Counted from the first letter of the stretch, positions 51,534 to 61,922 are shown. The stretch: 64,000 nt of DNA from Gemmatimonadota bacterium (GCA_036679605.1 JAZDCZ010000085.1:64001-128000); one strand, 5' to 3'. The notes: generated from the sequence alone by a model not told the origin. A program made the numbers and translations.

Positions 51534-52922
51534 TCATCGGATCCCCGCCACCTGGCGCAACACATCGTACCGAGTGATGATGCCTGAGATTTCACCGTTT
51601 TGTTTGACCAGTGCGGCTGGAGTTTCCCTGGACAGCAACCCCGAGAAGCTGTCCAGCGGGAATTGTGCGTCTACAACCGGGTACGGAGCTTCCATCATCT
51701 CCCGCACCGGGCTGTCGAGTGACGCCTTGGACTCCATGGCTTTCGACATGAGCGCACCCTCAGAGACCGAGCCCACACACTCGCTGCCATCCAACACCGG
51801 AAGCTGTGAGACGTTGTATGTACTCATGAGGTTCAGAGCTTGTCGTACCGTCTGCGATGGCTCAACGGTAATCACTTTGGATGACGCTTCTGATTTTTGA
51901 GCCAGGAGGTCCTGAGCGGTAAGAGCCTCGGCATCGATCATTTGATTCTCATGCATCCACTCGTCGTTGAAAAGCTTTGAAAGATAACGCTCGCCCGTGT
52001 CGCACAGCATCACCACGACGCACCCATTCGGGTCGTCGACTTCCCTTGCGACTCTAAGTGCTATTGTCACGTTTAGGCCGGTCGATCCACCCACGAACAA
52101 CCCCTCCTCACGGGCCAAACGGCGCGCCATCTGAAGCGCCGCGCGATCTCCTATAGTCTCAAACTCGTCGATTACGTCGAAATGCAGGGCGTCCGGTATC
52201 TTGTCACCTCCGATGCCCTCCACCTTGTAAGGAGTTCCGCCACGTTTCTCGCGGGTGCGACTGTATTCGGCGTAGATGGATCCCTCCGGGTCCCCGGCGA
52301 TGATCCTGATGTCGGGATTTTTTTCCTTGAGGTATCTGCCGACGCCGCTCACTGTGCCACCGGTACCAGCAGAAGCGACAAAATGTGTAACGCGTCCCTC
52401 GGTTTGTTCCCAGATTTCGGGCCCCGTCGTGCGGTAGTGAGACTCGGGATTTACCTGGTTGTAAAATTGATCGGCTAGTACAGAATTCGGCGTGTTGCTC
52501 ACGATCGCCTTTGCCTTCATGACGTAGTTGTCGGGATGGTCAGCAGGCACTGCCGTGGGGGTGATGATGACCTCGGCGCCGAAAGCCTTCAGAAGCCGAA
52601 CTTTTTCCTGAGACATTTTGTCCGGCATCGTGAAAATGCAGCGATAGCCCTTTAGTACCGCAGCCATCGCGAGAGCAACACCCGTGTTGCCCGAGGTGCC
52701 CTCTACAATGAGTCCGCCAGGTGAAATCTTGCCCTGCTTCTCGGCTTCCTCAATGATGGCTATTCCAATTCTATCCTTCACGGAGCCGCCCGGATTGAAA
52801 AATTCCGCCTTACCGTAGAGAGGAGTGCTAATCCCTTTGGCCACTCGGTGCAGCCGCAGTAGAGGTGTCCAACCGATAGTGTCTAGTATCGTGTCGTATG
52901 TATGGGGAGGCGTGGGAATCAC
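51534..52922 (-). CDS. cbs: cystathionine beta-synthase with C-terminal CBS pair
   Basis: NPGGSVKDR, EGTSGNTG, GTGGT, VEGIG, DTGERYLSK; two CBS domains. Confidence 0.88.
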   Translation of the reverse strand: MIPTPPHTYDTILDTIGWTPLLRLHRVAKGISTPLYGKAEFFNPGGSVKDRIGIAIIEEAEKQGKISPGGLIVEGTSGNTGVALAMAAVLKGYRCIFTMPDKMSQEKVRLLKAFGAEVIITPTAVPADHPDNYVMKAKAIVSNTPNSVLADQFYNQVNPESHYRTTGPEIWEQTEGRVTHFVASAGTGGTVSGVGRYLKEKNPDIRIIAGDPEGSIYAEYSRTREKRGGTPYKVEGIGGDKIPDALHFDVIDEFETIGDRAALQMARRLAREEGLFVGGSTGLNVTIALRVAREVDDPNGCVVVMLCDTGERYLSKLFNDEWMHENQMIDAEALTAQDLLAQKSEASSKVITVEPSQTVRQALNLMSTYNVSQLPVLDGSECVGSVSEGALMSKAMESKASLDSPVREMMEAPYPVVDAQFPLDSFSGLLSRETPAALVKQNGEISGIITRYDVLRQVAGIR

Positions 52923-53323
52923 GATTGCTCTCCGGGTGCCGATCGTGTCGGGAGTTTAAAGTGAATTGGCTGAAGGAAGAGAGTCGCCACTGGTTTACCT
53001 TTTCGACGGGCCGGAGCAAAATCCATGGAGCCAGCACCGGCTACCGCTGCCGAATCGAATGCTGCATACCCGCTACTCTCAGCGACGCGCGTCGAGTCTG
53101 ATATTATGGTCCCATCCGCCGTAATGTAGAGTCGGAGTGTGACAGAAGCCTCGACACCCTGGCGAAAAAGGTCAGTCGGATATAGAACAGGCGCATCAGG
53201 GTTTGTCAGTACTGGAAGTTCAAAGGTCGGTGCCGATACCTGGGTGGAGTCAGTTTCTCCCGCAGGCGTACCGGAACCACAGGCCACCAAGAACGAAACC
53301 CAGAGCAGCGCGATCTTATTCAC
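52919..53323 (-). CDS. TonB C-terminal-domain lipoprotein
   Basis: LVA/C lipobox; YP...GVE...SSGY..FD.AA...FAPA TonB_C pattern. Confidence 0.75.
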   Translation of the reverse strand: MNKIALLWVSFLVACGSGTPAGETDSTQVSAPTFELPVLTNPDAPVLYPTDLFRQGVEASVTLRLYITADGTIISDSTRVAESSGYAAFDSAAVAGAGSMDFAPARRKGKPVATLFLQPIHFKLPTRSAPGEQS

Positions 53324-55908
53324 GGACTCTCCGTTCGCTGTTTCAATTCAGCTAGTTTGCCGAGCGCTTGTATTGGAGTCATGGAGTCAGGATCTAGTTC
53401 CTTCAGTTGCTGAATCACCGGGTGTTCTCCGGGTTTGAAGAGCGCGAGTTGACTGGCGTCGGGAGCCGGCGGCGGCAGCTTGTTTGCTACGTGGTGTCCG
53501 GATTCCAACAGCCGTAGAATGTTGGTTGCTCGTTCTATGACTTGCTTTGGGAGACCGGCTAGCCGAGCGACGTGCACTCCATATGATCGATCGGCCCCAC
53601 CCGGCTCGAGATGGTGCATGAATACGATGTTGTCCCCTACTTCCCGCACCGCCACATTGTAATTGCGGGCGTGCTGTAAAGTTTCGGTTAGCTGCGTTAG
53701 TTCGTGATAGTGTGTGGCGAAGATCGTCTTGCAGCCAACCCGATTGTGGAGGTGTTCGGTCACGGCCCAGGCAATTGCCACCCCATCGAACGTCGACGTT
53801 CCGCGCCCGATCTCGTCTAGCAGAACCAAGCTGCGATCGCTGGCTGCATGGAGTATGGCGCTGGTCTCACTCATCTCGACCATGAACGTAGATTGCCCGC
53901 GTCCGAGGTTGTCGCTGGCCCCCACGCGTGTGAATATGCGGTCGACAAGGCCAATGGTAGCCGAACTCGCTGGGACAAACGAACCCACATGCGCCAAAAT
54001 CACGACCAATCCCACCTGCCGCAGTATCGTCGACTTGCCGGCCATGTTCGGACCGGTTAAGAGCATCACGTGCCCCGAGTCGTCTAGCACGATGTCGTTG
54101 GGAATAAACTTTCCCTGCGGTAGCATCCGCTCCACGACCGGATGACGACAGTCCCTCAATCGTAGTGCGTAATCTTCCGTTACTTCAGGTCGCACATAGT
54201 TTTCCCGAACAGCGACGTCCGCAAAAGAAGAAAAAACATCGAGTTCTGCCAGCAGCTTGGCACTGTGTTGGAGCGCCGGCACTCTTTCGCTAACGGCGTG
54301 CGATAGTTTGTTTAGCACTGCAAGTTCACGCTCGTGAACCGTCTGCTCGGCTCCAAGCACGCGGGCCTCGTATTCTTTGAGTTCCGGCGTGACGTATCGC
54401 TCGGCGTGGGTGAGGGTTTGGCGCCGCTCATAGTCGTCGGGAACGGCATGTTGGCGCGCCTTTGTTACCTCGATGTAGTACCCGAAAACCCGGTTGTACC
54501 CAACCTTGAGAGATGAAACACCGGTGCGTTCTCGCTCTCTCGCTTGCATGGAGGCAATGAAGCGCTTGCCTCCGTCTCTCAGTTCACGTGCCTCGTCAAG
54601 CTCCGGATCTACGCCCGATCCTATGGAATCCCCATCACCGAGTGTCATCGGAGGATTGCCGACTAAACAGCGCGATAGCTCAGCTGACAGTGCGGAGTGG
54701 AGGTCGAACTCGTTAGCGTTGCGCGTCAGTTCAGCGCTCCTATCTCTCGAGCCCAGTCCATCGAGCGCAGCCTTCACATCGGGCAGAAGTCCCAATGAAT
54801 CTCGCAACGCTCCAAAGTCTCTGGGGGTTGCCCGGCCTGTGGTCGCCCGCCCGGCAAGCCGCTCGATATCGCGTACGTTCTTGAGTGCGTCATTCAGCCG
54901 CTCTCGGCCTCTGACGTCGGTCACTAGGATATCGACTGCGTCGAGGCGCCCATCGATTTTCGCAACCGTTCGTAGCGGTGCCAATAACCATTGGCGTAGC
55001 AGTCGCTTGCCCATTGGAGTAGTAGTCCGGTCCAATGCCTCCAGCAACGTACCTCCCGGGGAGTCACTTCTAAGCGGCCGTTCTAGTTCTAGGTTGCGCT
55101 TGGTCATTTCGTCTAGCGGGATCGTGCTGCCAGCTCGACGTACGCTGGGCCGTGCTACATGTGGAAGTCCGCCCGGCTGAAGCTCCATCGCATACTTGAG
55201 CAGCGCACCTGCAGCGCGTAACGCCGCGTCGTCCTTCTCGGCTATTTCGAGGCCCTCTACGCTATGTAATCCGAAGAGCTTTTCGATTTCTTCGGCCGCC
55301 AACTTGGAATCGAACTCCCAAGCCTCGCGCTCCGTCACCATGACTCCCGACGGGAGTGAGTCGCAATCCGATTTTTCAGGAACAACGATCTCGCGCGGAT
55401 CGTAACGCGTAAGTGCCGCCTCGAGATCGTGGGCTTCCACTGTCTCCAGCACGAACTCTCCGGTCGATAGATCTAGAGCTGCCAGACCGGACTCGGTGTC
55501 GGGCACCACGGCAACCAAGAAATTGTTTCTGCCACTCTCCAACCAATCGTGAGCGATTACAGCGCCGGGCGTGAGCGTCTCGACAACCTCGCGGCGAACT
55601 AGTCCCTTTGCTTGCTTGGGATCTTCCACCTGCTCGCAGATGGCGACGCGGTGCCCTCCCTCTACTAGCCTTCGGAGGTACTCCGCGGCTGCTTTGACCG
55701 GAACTCCCGCCAACGGCACTCCAGCGGCGCCGCCGTTGTTTCGGGTGGTCAGCGTGAGTCCGAGTTCACTCGCAGCCTGCTTGGCGTCGTCGAAGAACAT
55801 CTCATAGAAGTCGCCCATGCGGAAAAACAAGATCGCATCGGAGTGCCGCGCTTTGATCTCGCGGTACTGCTTCATCAAAGGAGTATCGAGCCCCTGCGGT
55901 TTACTCAT
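53320..55908 (-). CDS. mutS: DNA mismatch repair protein MutS
   Basis: TPLMKQY, GDFYEMF, TGPNMAGKST, STFMVEM, DEIGRGTS, THYHEL. Confidence 0.97.
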   Translation of the reverse strand: MSKPQGLDTPLMKQYREIKARHSDAILFFRMGDFYEMFFDDAKQAASELGLTLTTRNNGGAAGVPLAGVPVKAAAEYLRRLVEGGHRVAICEQVEDPKQAKGLVRREVVETLTPGAVIAHDWLESGRNNFLVAVVPDTESGLAALDLSTGEFVLETVEAHDLEAALTRYDPREIVVPEKSDCDSLPSGVMVTEREAWEFDSKLAAEEIEKLFGLHSVEGLEIAEKDDAALRAAGALLKYAMELQPGGLPHVARPSVRRAGSTIPLDEMTKRNLELERPLRSDSPGGTLLEALDRTTTPMGKRLLRQWLLAPLRTVAKIDGRLDAVDILVTDVRGRERLNDALKNVRDIERLAGRATTGRATPRDFGALRDSLGLLPDVKAALDGLGSRDRSAELTRNANEFDLHSALSAELSRCLVGNPPMTLGDGDSIGSGVDPELDEARELRDGGKRFIASMQARERERTGVSSLKVGYNRVFGYYIEVTKARQHAVPDDYERRQTLTHAERYVTPELKEYEARVLGAEQTVHERELAVLNKLSHAVSERVPALQHSAKLLAELDVFSSFADVAVRENYVRPEVTEDYALRLRDCRHPVVERMLPQGKFIPNDIVLDDSGHVMLLTGPNMAGKSTILRQVGLVVILAHVGSFVPASSATIGLVDRIFTRVGASDNLGRGQSTFMVEMSETSAILHAASDRSLVLLDEIGRGTSTFDGVAIAWAVTEHLHNRVGCKTIFATHYHELTQLTETLQHARNYNVAVREVGDNIVFMHHLEPGGADRSYGVHVARLAGLPKQVIERATNILRLLESGHHVANKLPPPAPDASQLALFKPGEHPVIQQLKELDPDSMTPIQALGKLAELKQRTESP

Positions 55909-56774
55909 GACTCTTCCACTACGAACGGCCTGCCGCCTCTCTTGCTGCGGATTTCTCCGGCGAGTTTCTGGGCTTCTGCCTTGCGTGTAAACCGACCGAC
56001 CCGGATCTTGAGCAGCCCGTCTGAGCTGTCACGTATCACGTGAGGTTCGAAGCCCAGGGACTTGAGGTCACGCATCACCTGGTCGGCCGCTGCTGCGCTG
56101 GCTACGGCCGAAACCTGGACTGAGAAAACTGTAGTGCCGGCCGGCCGCTGAGGGGCTGGTTCGTTTGCAGCCGCTGAATCACTTAAGGCCGGAGTTTCTT
56201 GGTTCAGACAACGTTGTAGGTAGTAGCGCGCACGGTTGGATAGCTCGAAGTTCTCGCCGGCGTCCTCTCCTGCCTGGCGCAAGAGGGAGCAACCTTGCTC
56301 TGTTTCGCCAAGCTCGAACTGTGCTCGTCCCGACCAATATGCGGCCTCCGCCCGCGCTTCACTGAATGGGTAGTCAAGCAGAATACGATCGGCAGAGCGA
56401 ATGGCGGACCGGAGTTCTCCACTGATGAACGACAGTTGCGCGATTCTCAGCAGGGACTTATCGGCCCACTCCGAGTTAGTGTGCTCTATGCTGACTCGTC
56501 GATAATAGGTGAGCGCGCTGTCGGTATCACCCGCCACCAGGCCAGCCGTGTAGAGTAGTTCCGCATAGCGCGAGTCATTGGGCGAGAGCATGGCCAGGTG
56601 TGATCGCACGAAGGCCCGCGCTGAGTCTCCCTGTCCTTCCGTGGCTAGGCGGACGGCTTCCAATTGCAGTGAATCCTGCAGCAGTGAATCTTGCTGCGCG
56701 GAGGCCGGTGGCGGTTGCATCACGCAAATTGCAGCGGTGACCAGTAATACGGGCTTGGCTAGGTTACGCATCAT
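55905..56774 (-). CDS. periplasmic TPR plus SPOR-domain protein
   Basis: signal peptide, TPR-like helices, C-terminal FSVQV...KIRVGRF SPOR domain. Confidence 0.8.
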   Translation of the reverse strand: MMRNLAKPVLLVTAAICVMQPPPASAQQDSLLQDSLQLEAVRLATEGQGDSARAFVRSHLAMLSPNDSRYAELLYTAGLVAGDTDSALTYYRRVSIEHTNSEWADKSLLRIAQLSFISGELRSAIRSADRILLDYPFSEARAEAAYWSGRAQFELGETEQGCSLLRQAGEDAGENFELSNRARYYLQRCLNQETPALSDSAAANEPAPQRPAGTTVFSVQVSAVASAAAADQVMRDLKSLGFEPHVIRDSSDGLLKIRVGRFTRKAEAQKLAGEIRSKRGGRPFVVEES

Positions 56775-57826
56775 GCTGCGTCCCGGGTAGTACTCATGCG
56801 AAGTAACATGGTCGACAGAATACCTCGTTCGTCGCTCAGGGTGGTTGATTTTAGCGCCAGGTCACACTCGTAGGCCGACCTGAGCGCCGCTGTGATCTCA
56901 TGTGAAGTCCACCGTTCCGCGGCCTTCGCCCAGAGTGTCGCTTCCTGCTTCCAGTTACCGAGGCCCTGCGGTCGCGCCGCCCGGATAGCGTCGAACACCG
57001 CTCCTTCTATGCGGCGTGACGGCATGCTCTTTTCGGCCAGAGCGACAGCGAGCGATACACCGATGAGTGCCGGCCCTAGAGCAATCACCATGCGAACGCC
57101 ATTAACGCCTGCGCCTGCCAGTACAGATTCCAACATGCCGACCGCACTGGGAATATCACGATTCAGAATTGCGCTCACCCAATCGCGTAGTGTCTCGCCA
57201 CGCCGCACACCGACCAGCGCGGCCACATCTTCAGCATTCACCTCATCACCATCTGAAGCTACGGCGGAGAGTTTGTCTATTTCCATCGCCAGGTGTGACA
57301 GATTGAACCCGACGGAACTTACGAGGTGCTCGGTGGCCTCCTCAGTCAAGGTGAAACCGGAGTTCTGGGCTCGAACGCCGATCCAGCGTCGCAGGCGAGG
57401 GTGGGTGAGTGGGCCCACCGCTACGTGGACGGCGCTCTTCGCGATTGTCTTGTGAGGTTCCTTGCCAGGTCCCTGAATCAACACCAGCACCGTTGAGGGA
57501 GAAGGATTTTCCAAGTACTGATGCACCACTTTCCAGACGCCTGCATTCTTGCGCCAGTGCTCGATACCCTTCACGACCACAACTCGCCGTTCGGCGAACA
57601 TCGGCGGAGTCTCGACCAAGGCGAAGAAGCTCTCGCCGTCCAAATCGCTGGCGGACCTCACATCGAAGTTGAACTCGCGTCCCGCAGAGTCGAGTGTTTG
57701 GCTTGAGATGAGCTGGACGATCTCATCCTTGAGCAGCTCTTGATCGCCGGTCAGGTAATAGACGGATTCAGTCTGCTCTCGCCTTATTGTGCGGTGAGCC
57801 GAATCGAAGGAGAGTGTAGCCGCCAT
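56771..57826 (-). CDS. holA: DNA polymerase III delta subunit
   Basis: VYYLTGD, EFNFD, TPPMFAERRVVVV, MEIDKL, DLALK. Confidence 0.88.
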   Translation of the reverse strand: MAATLSFDSAHRTIRREQTESVYYLTGDQELLKDEIVQLISSQTLDSAGREFNFDVRSASDLDGESFFALVETPPMFAERRVVVVKGIEHWRKNAGVWKVVHQYLENPSPSTVLVLIQGPGKEPHKTIAKSAVHVAVGPLTHPRLRRWIGVRAQNSGFTLTEEATEHLVSSVGFNLSHLAMEIDKLSAVASDGDEVNAEDVAALVGVRRGETLRDWVSAILNRDIPSAVGMLESVLAGAGVNGVRMVIALGPALIGVSLAVALAEKSMPSRRIEGAVFDAIRAARPQGLGNWKQEATLWAKAAERWTSHEITAALRSAYECDLALKSTTLSDERGILSTMLLRMSTTRDAA

Positions 57827-57856
57827 ATTAGGCGGAAAGTTACCGAAGGGGCTCGC

Positions 57857-58366
57857 CTATCGCGAGAGAGTGAGCCAGGCCTCGAACGAGGTCTCCGACG
57901 GGCCGGGCACGCGCGAGGTCGGCTCAAGTGTGGGCATCTCGGCAAATCGAGCTAGTGGAACCTGAGCGCTCCCGGTGGTGAAAGGAGGTAGCGGGCTCGC
58001 CGACACCTGTGTGGGCGTCCCGGCCGGTCGAGGCGAAGGCCCTAGTTCGGTGATGGCAAGAGCCAGAGCGGCCAACAGCATTATGGCTACCATGATGCCG
58101 GCGGAGGGCACAGGCACTGGTTCATCGACCAGGGCCAGCCCCGTAGTTCTGGCTAGACGGCGATCTAACTGTGAGAGAAAGTGGGCGGAAGGCTCGATAT
58201 CGTGCGTTGCCTTGAGCGCGATGACGCCCCGTGAGATTCGGGCGTCATACTCCATACATCGCGTGCAGCCCTCGAGATGTCGCCCAATACGGGCGCTCTG
58301 CGCCCGGTCTGCTATGAGACCGTCGCGGTGGTCGGAATAGAGTTCGAGAAATTCACTGCAGTGCAT
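57857..58366 (-). CDS. zf-HC2 anti-sigma factor
   Basis: MHCSEF...HLEGCTRC, one TM helix; downstream of the ECF sigma. Confidence 0.82.
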   Translation of the reverse strand: MHCSEFLELYSDHRDGLIADRAQSARIGRHLEGCTRCMEYDARISRGVIALKATHDIEPSAHFLSQLDRRLARTTGLALVDEPVPVPSAGIMVAIMLLAALALAITELGPSPRPAGTPTQVSASPLPPFTTGSAQVPLARFAEMPTLEPTSRVPGPSETSFEAWLTLSR

Positions 58367-58505
58367 GGCAGAAGCCTCAGGGTACTGGGCTTATTACCAT
58401 GCGAAATTCAGGAGGTTCCGCCCGACGGTGGTGGGGACAGAAAGCTCGGTAGTAGCTGGAACGGGCCTCTGGTACTTCCTGTCCCCCCCCGTTGTCCGTA
58501 TGTAC

Positions 58506-59150
58506 CTAGTCTAGCAGCGGCGCTATCAGGTGGGCAAACCGGTTGCGAGCCCGGTTGAGCCGGCTCTTTACCGTGCCGAGGTTACAGCCTGTTATCTCCG
58601 CGATCTCCTCGTATGTCTTGCCCTCCAGTTCCCGTAGCACGAACACCACCCTGTGATGCTCAGGGAGCTGCCGCACCGACCACTGGACCAGTTCCCTCAG
58701 GTGCCGCTTGCGGAAGACGTCGTCGGGCCGCTGGCGCTTGTCCTCAAACTCAACAGGGCGATGGTCTGCCTCCCAGTTCTTCTTGATTGTCTGAAAGAGC
58801 ACTAGGGGGCTGCGGCTCCGGTTACGGAGTTCGTTCTTGGCAAGGTTCGAGGCTATGGTGTAGATCCAGGTGGAGAACTTCTTGGTTTGATCAAACCGGA
58901 TCATGTGCCGGTGCACTCTGATAAAGACCTCTTGTACGAGGTCTTCCGCACGTTCGCGGTCTCCAATGGTGCGGTAGACGAAGTTAAGCAATCTCTTCTG
59001 ATACCGGACAACCAACTCGTCGAAAGCCGTAGTCCTACCGGCTAGGTAGGCAGCAACGACCTGTGAGTCGTTGTAGGCGTCTAGGGCGGGTTGTCTCCAT
59101 TGCTGCGCTGCAGCGGTCGCGGCGTGCCGTGGTTGTATAACTGCGGTCAT
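58506..59150 (-). CDS. ECF RNA polymerase sigma factor
   Basis: AEDLVQEVF, FSTWIYTIASN, YEEIAE...GTVKSRLNRAR. Confidence 0.93.
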   Translation of the reverse strand: MTAVIQPRHAATAAAQQWRQPALDAYNDSQVVAAYLAGRTTAFDELVVRYQKRLLNFVYRTIGDRERAEDLVQEVFIRVHRHMIRFDQTKKFSTWIYTIASNLAKNELRNRSRSPLVLFQTIKKNWEADHRPVEFEDKRQRPDDVFRKRHLRELVQWSVRQLPEHHRVVFVLRELEGKTYEEIAEITGCNLGTVKSRLNRARNRFAHLIAPLLD

Positions 59151-59399
59151 CTGTTAGCTCCCGGGTCTCTGCTCATGCTTGTGGGGCAGACACCCTTTTT
59201 CAAATCGGACGAAGAAAGTTCTTTAGCTCACCCTCCAAACGAGTAACCAGACAGCGTTGGCACCTTGCGGGTGCACGAAGCATACCCGGTAAATCGGCCC
59301 TCTCGGCACCGAGCTAACCAATTGATTGTGATGGTGTTACGGCGATTTCAGTGGCCCGTCCACAGGATCGGTCATTGTCCCCTCTTGGGGACGCAGAGC

Positions 59400-59954
59400 C
59401 TAGAGATTGAGTCTGAAGCCGGCTACAAAGAGCAGGGCTACGATCGACTTTCCATCGACGATTTCCCCATCTCGAATCATCTCCAGGGTGGTAGAGAACG
59501 GGCGGGTCGCTACCTCAATGAACTCGTCCGGTTCATGTCTGGCTCCGCCCACGGTGATGCCGGTGGCCAAGTAGAGGTGAATCTGCTCGTCGGTGAAACC
59601 AGGCGTGGTATAGACGGTGGTGAGGTGTTCCAAGGATTCTGCTTTGGCTCCGGTCTCTTCCAGTAGCTCACGACGCGCGCAGGCAGCAGGATCCTCGCCA
59701 GCTTCGAGCACACCCGCCGGAATCTCCCAGATCGTGTCCTCCGCGGCGTAGCGGTATTGCTTTATGAGTAGGACGCTGGGGTCTTCCGAATCGACTGACG
59801 ACAAGAGCGGTACGACGGCGGAGGCTCCAGAGTGGCGTACCATTTCCAACTCCAACCTGGAACCGTCAGGTGCCGTGATGGTGTCTAGGTCTACCTTCAC
59901 CACGCGCCCGTCGTAGACGCGACGCGTACTGATGCGGTTTTCGGGTCTCGTCAT
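59400..59954 (-). CDS. nudF: NUDIX hydrolase, ADP-ribose pyrophosphatase-like
   Basis: QYRY, EIPAG...ARRELLEETG Nudix box, TPGFTDE, DGKS. Confidence 0.85.
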   Translation of the reverse strand: MTRPENRISTRRVYDGRVVKVDLDTITAPDGSRLELEMVRHSGASAVVPLLSSVDSEDPSVLLIKQYRYAAEDTIWEIPAGVLEAGEDPAACARRELLEETGAKAESLEHLTTVYTTPGFTDEQIHLYLATGITVGGARHEPDEFIEVATRPFSTTLEMIRDGEIVDGKSIVALLFVAGFRLNL

Positions 59955-60118
59955 GCCTCGCGCTCGAATACAACGGCCACACGGCCACCCTCAAGTTGTG
60001 TAATGGACCCGAACTGCCACCCCATACGGGTGCGTTCGTTTAGTAGATCCGTGATCGTTTCTTCGTCTTCGCGTGTCCTTTGCTGCAGCGTGAGAATGGC
60101 GACTTGGTACTGTTTCAT
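59951..60118 (-). CDS. 55-aa small protein, DUF4177-like
   Basis: MKQYQVAILTLQQRTREDEETITDLLNERTRMGWQFGSITQLEGGRVAVVFEREA; GAGGA RBS; ATGA overlap with nudF; absent from the ORF track. Confidence 0.75.
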   Translation of the reverse strand: MKQYQVAILTLQQRTREDEETITDLLNERTRMGWQFGSITQLEGGRVAVVFEREA

Positions 60119-60129
60119 TCTGTCCTCAT

Positions 60130-60762
60130 TTACCGTGTCCCGAAGAGACGGTCTCCAGCGTCTCCCAGACCCGGTAGGATGTATCCGCGTGAATTGAGTT
60201 CTCTGTCCAGGGCGGCGGTGTAGATGCGAACCTCGGGATGTGCTTCTTCCATGCGCTTGACACCCTCGGGAGCGGCTACAAGACAGAGAAAAACGATCCG
60301 CTTACCCCCGGCTTTTTTCAGTGCCGAAACGGCATCGACAGCCGAGCCTCCTGTTGCGAGCATGGGATCCAGTACGAATAGGATTCGGTCAGCTTCGTCA
60401 CTCGGGATCTTGAAGTAGTAGTCGATCGGCTCCAAGGTGTCGTGGTCGCGATAGATCCCGATGTGGCCCACCCGCGCACTGGGTATCAGCTGGCTTATGC
60501 CCTCCACCATCCCAAGTCCTGCCCGTAGAATCGGGATCAGCACGAGCTTCTTACCGGCCACCCGCTTGCCCGACATCCGCTCGAGAGGAGTTTCCACCTC
60601 GACCTCTTCGAGGTCAAGCGACTTAGTCGCCTCGTATGCCATGAGTGTCGCGATCTCGCTCACCAACGCTCGAAAATCACGAGTGGACGTAGTCTTGTCG
60701 CGTAGCTTTGTGATCTTGTGCTGGACCAGTGGGTGATCGACCACGGTTAGGTTTGCGTGCAT
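60130..60762 (-). CDS. upp: uracil phosphoribosyltransferase
   Basis: [41 protein letters not shown]. Confidence 0.96.
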   Translation of the reverse strand: MHANLTVVDHPLVQHKITKLRDKTTSTRDFRALVSEIATLMAYEATKSLDLEEVEVETPLERMSGKRVAGKKLVLIPILRAGLGMVEGISQLIPSARVGHIGIYRDHDTLEPIDYYFKIPSDEADRILFVLDPMLATGGSAVDAVSALKKAGGKRIVFLCLVAAPEGVKRMEEAHPEVRIYTAALDRELNSRGYILPGLGDAGDRLFGTR

Positions 60763-60842
60763 ATCCAGTCTCCCTGGCGCCAGTGTTCCGACGGCACAAT
60801 TTCGCGCGGCTGCGTGCGGAAGGGAAGGTGCGGTGAAGCGAG

Positions 60843-61922
60843 TTAGTTGATGAGCAGACGGCGGGCCGCACGGCGGCCGGAATCCAGTGCGCTGTGAACC
60901 CCAGCTCCATGAACTCCAGCTCCAGCCAGCTCAATGTTGCCCAGTTTCCTAACGCGATCGACGACGCAAGTGATGCGCTGAACTATGTCGTTGCTCATGC
61001 GATAAATGGTCTCTGGCCAGCGTGAGACCCAACCCGAGGTGGGCGGTTCGGCAAGATCCAGAACGGAGTCGAGTTCTGTTACTGCGCGGTCTATCCAAAC
61101 ACGGTCCGCTCCATCTATCGGGCACGCGCCTCCCGGTCGATAGAACGCCCTCAGCAGCACATAGCCGGTGGGGCAGCGGTTGGGGAACTTGGAAGAGGTA
61201 AACGTGCATGCCTTGAAGCCGGGTGCCTCGCGTGACTGCCCGGGAATCACGTAACCGGTGGCGTCGAGCGAATGACCCACTGCCTCACTGCGAAAGGCGA
61301 GCGAGATCGTGACACTCGAAAGTGCGGGAATCGTCGGAAAAGAGAGTCCCATGGAGTGGTCGGCCCCGTCGAGTAGTGCCGCAGTGACTTGTGGTGGCGT
61401 CGCCAGAACGACTGCACTCGGTGTCATGAGATCTTCGCCGTCCGCCCGGACCACCCAGCCCTGATTGTTTGGTGCGATGCCCGTCACCGTCTTTCCAAGA
61501 TTCAATTGCGTTGCTCCCAGCCCGTCGAGTAGCTTCTCGATTAGATCTCTCATTCCGGTTTCGAAGGCCACCACTCCCCTGCCCCTCAATGTTTCGTCTC
61601 CCCCCAGCCCCAACATTGCGGCAGCCGCACCCTTCGGCAGTGGCTTAAGTGACTGTCCTTCAAGGACTAAAGAGTCCAACTCTGATTGACTGACCAGTCG
61701 GTCAAGTGCTCCGATTCTGCCCAGGAACTCACGCGTTTCTGGGTCGGGGGTCACCAGGGAATCGGCTCCCAACTCCACCACATAGTTATCGCTGCGGGTT
61801 GTCTCTATCTGGCCGCCTACTCTGTCCGAGGCCTCAAAGAGTGATACTTCCAAGCCGCCACTTGAGAGTTCGTGGGCGGCGGCCAACCCTGCGAGCCCGC
61901 CACCGATGACGGCTACATCCAT
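60843..61922 (-). CDS. HemY/CgoX-like FAD-dependent porphyrinogen oxidase, internally shortened
   Basis: GGGLAG FAD motif, [33 protein letters not shown]; only 359 aa. Confidence 0.75.
   Translation of the reverse strand: MDVAVIGGGLAGLAAAHELSSGGLEVSLFEASDRVGGQIETTRSDNYVVELGADSLVTPDPETREFLGRIGALDRLVSQSELDSLVLEGQSLKPLPKGAAAAMLGLGGDETLRGRGVVAFETGMRDLIEKLLDGLGATQLNLGKTVTGIAPNNQGWVVRADGEDLMTPSAVVLATPPQVTAALLDGADHSMGLSFPTIPALSSVTISLAFRSEAVGHSLDATGYVIPGQSREAPGFKACTFTSSKFPNRCPTGYVLLRAFYRPGGACPIDGADRVWIDRAVTELDSVLDLAEPPTSGWVSRWPETIYRMSNDIVQRITCVVDRVRKLGNIELAGAGVHGAGVHSALDSGRRAARRLLIN

Noticed and set aside
59151..59399. Riboswitch or autoregulatory ECF promoter upstream of the sigma gene
   Set aside because: A GCAA-loop hairpin and a GAACTT are present, but spacing and consensus fit no element I can support
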